Of a DNA stretch of 24,000 nucleotides, positions 22,415-24,000 are shown one piece after another; position 1 is the stretch's first letter, and every line of letters starts with the position of its first letter. The translations under genes and the position numbers were made by a program. This stretch comes from Planctomycetota bacterium (GTDB taxonomy: Bacteria; Planctomycetota; Phycisphaerae; UBA1845; UTPLA1), in assembly GCA_016235815.1 (NCBI GenBank), contig JACRIM010000058.1, positions 136,041 through 160,040 on the forward strand, in the 5' to 3' direction. Below the pieces are notes generated by a model. It had not been told where the DNA came from. It did no database searches and saw nothing but the letters and a program-made list of their open reading frames with translations.

Positions 22415-24000
22415 ATGAACATGATCGAACGCTTCGACACTGACACAACCGAAACGCAGGAATGGGTGGAGTCCATGGAGGCCGTCATGGCCCGCGAGGG
22501 GCCGGACCGCGCCCGCTATCTCATGGCAGCCCTGCATGACTATTGCCGCCGCAGACAGGTCGCCCTGCCGACGAATTTCAATACACCCTACGTCAACACG
22601 ATCCCGGTCCCCCAGCAGCCGCACTACCCCGGCGACCGCGACATCGAACGCCGCCTGAAAAGCATCAATCGCTGGAATGCGATGGCACTCGTCGTCCGCG
22701 CCAATCGCCGCTACTCCGGCATCGGCGGTCACATCTCGACCTACGCCAGCGCCGCCACCCTGCTCGAAGTCGGCTGGAACCACTTTTTCCGCGCCAACAC
22801 CACCGAGCGCACCGGCGATCAAATTTACTTCCAGGGCCACTCCTCCCCCGGCATCTATGCCCGCGCCTACCTTGCAGGCCGTCTCACCACGCAACAGATG
22901 CACAACTTCCGCCGCGAACTCGCCGTCGGCGGCGGCCTGTCCAGCTACCCGCACCCGTGGGGCATGCCGAACTTCTGGGAGTTCCCCACCGTTTCCATGG
23001 GCCTCGGCCCGTTGTCGGCGATTTACCAGGCTCGCTACAACCGTTACTTGCAAGACCGCGGCCTCGCCCAGACCGACCACTGCCATGTCTGGGCCTTCCT
23101 CGGCGACGGCGAAATGGATGAGCCGGAAAGCATGGGCGCGATCACCCTCGCGGCCCGCGAAGAACTGGACAACCTCATCTTCGTCGTGAATTGCAACCTC
23201 CAGCGCCTCGACGGCCCGGTCCGCGGCAACGGCAGCATCGTTCAGGAGTTGGAAGCCGCCTTTCGCGGCGCAGGCTGGAACGTCCTCAAGGTCCTCTGGG
23301 GCGACGACTGGGATCCCCTCTTCGACGCCGACACCGACGGCCTGCTGCCAGAACGAATGAGCAATGTCGTCGACGGCCAATGGCAGAAATACACCGTCGA
23401 AACCGGCCAGTACATCCGCGATCACTTTTTCGGAACCGATCCGCGCCTGTTGCAACTCGTCGAACACCTTAGCGACGAGCGCCTCTGCAAACTGCGACTC
23501 GGCGGCCACGATCCGGTAAAGGTCTACACCGCTTACAAAGCCGCCGTTGAGAATCAGGGGAAGCCGACCGTCATCCTCGCCCGCACGATCAAGGGCTACG
23601 GCCTCGGCGAAGCCGGCGAGGGTAAGAACATTACCCACCAGCAAAAGAAACTCAACGAAGAAGAACTCCGCCACTTCCGCGATCGTTTCGAAATCCCCAT
23701 CACCGATCGCGAACTGCGCGACGCCCCGTTCTACCGCCCACCCGAGGGCAGCCCCGAAATGAAGTATTTGCTCGAGCGCCGCATGTCGCTCGGCGGTTTC
23801 ATCCCGCGCCGCGTCGTTCGCGCCAAGCCGATTGAGGCCCCGCCCGACAAAACCTACGAAGAATTCAACAAGGGCAGCGGCGGCCGCGAAGTGTCCACGA
23901 CGATGGCCTACGTGCGCATCCTTTCTCGCCTTCTCGAAGACAAGAAAATCGGCAAGCTCGTCGTCCCCATCGTCCCCGACGAATCACGCACCTTCGGCAT
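22415..24000 (+). CDS. aceE: pyruvate dehydrogenase E1 component (homodimeric AceE type), 3'-truncated by the window edge
   Basis: This ORF is absent from the track because it has no stop inside the window. Hand translation from the ATG at 22415 gives MNMIERFDTDTTETQEWVESM...NTIPVPQQPHYPGDRDIERRLKSINRWNAMALVVRAN...GGHISTYASAATLLEVGWNHFFR...GHSSPGIYARAYLAGRL...FLGDGEMDEPES...NCNLQRLDGPVRGN. This is colinear with E. coli AceE. Confidence 0.93.
   Translation, partial: MNMIERFDTDTTETQEWVESMEAVMAREGPDRARYLMAALHDYCRRRQVALPTNFNTPYVNTIPVPQQPHYPGDRDIERRLKSINRWNAMALVVRANRRYSGIGGHISTYASAATLLEVGWNHFFRANTTERTGDQIYFQGHSSPGIYARAYLAGRLTTQQMHNFRRELAVGGGLSSYPHPWGMPNFWEFPTVSMGLGPLSAIYQARYNRYLQDRGLAQTDHCHVWAFLGDGEMDEPESMGAITLAAREELDNLIFVVNCNLQRLDGPVRGNGSIVQELEAAFRGAGWNVLKVLWGDDWDPLFDADTDGLLPERMSNVVDGQWQKYTVETGQYIRDHFFGTDPRLLQLVEHLSDERLCKLRLGGHDPVKVYTAYKAAVENQGKPTVILARTIKGYGLGEAGEGKNITHQQKKLNEEELRHFRDRFEIPITDRELRDAPFYRPPEGSPEMKYLLERRMSLGGFIPRRVVRAKPIEAPPDKTYEEFNKGSGGREVSTTMAYVRILSRLLEDKKIGKLVVPIVPDESRTFG

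Noticed and set aside
22358-23674. 438-aa minus-strand ORF
   Set aside because: It is a shadow frame antisense to aceE. The composition is Ala/Gly/Val-rich with no motifs, whereas the + frame gives an unmistakable AceE sequence.

Overview
High-GC bacterial chromosomal segment, densely coding, with no rRNA, tRNA, CRISPR array, transposase or integrase visible by eye. Recognisable housekeeping genes are nadA (-), bioY (-), a truncated dcw block murC-murB-ddl-ftsQ-like (+), a SerA-like 2-hydroxyacid dehydrogenase (-) and the 5' two-thirds of aceE (+, runs off the right edge). About 10 kb (4550-14429) is one uninterrupted minus-strand gene string. The most unusual part of that string is a tightly packed five-gene cluster (8637-14429). 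It encodes four diverged paralogs of a signal-peptide-bearing parallel beta-helix protein that keep the same N-terminal module and the same C-terminal end (PWANFS[YF]). A fifth secreted protein sits among them, built from WGEN[IV]GW[IT]N repeats plus a dockerin-like calcium-loop pair. The same dockerin-like pair ends an unrelated seven-blade FG-GAP propeller protein at 2648-4477. A second item worth follow-up lies in the aceE-divergent spacer. It is a 36-codon hydrophobic ORF with a strong Shine-Dalgarno, preceded by a near-consensus sigma54 (-24/-12) promoter and a 24-bp perfect palindrome, and followed by a 14-bp GC hairpin. Many long opposite-strand ORFs in the supplied track are high-GC shadow frames and were rejected. 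Several track ORFs carry spurious N-terminal extensions (TTG/GTG or upstream ATG), which I trimmed using signal peptides, neighbouring stops and SD sequences. Taxonomy is inference only: a dcw fragment ending without ftsA/ftsZ, dockerin-like tails and abundant secreted beta-helix proteins would fit a Planctomycetota-like organism. All functional calls rest on motif recognition by eye; no database search was run.
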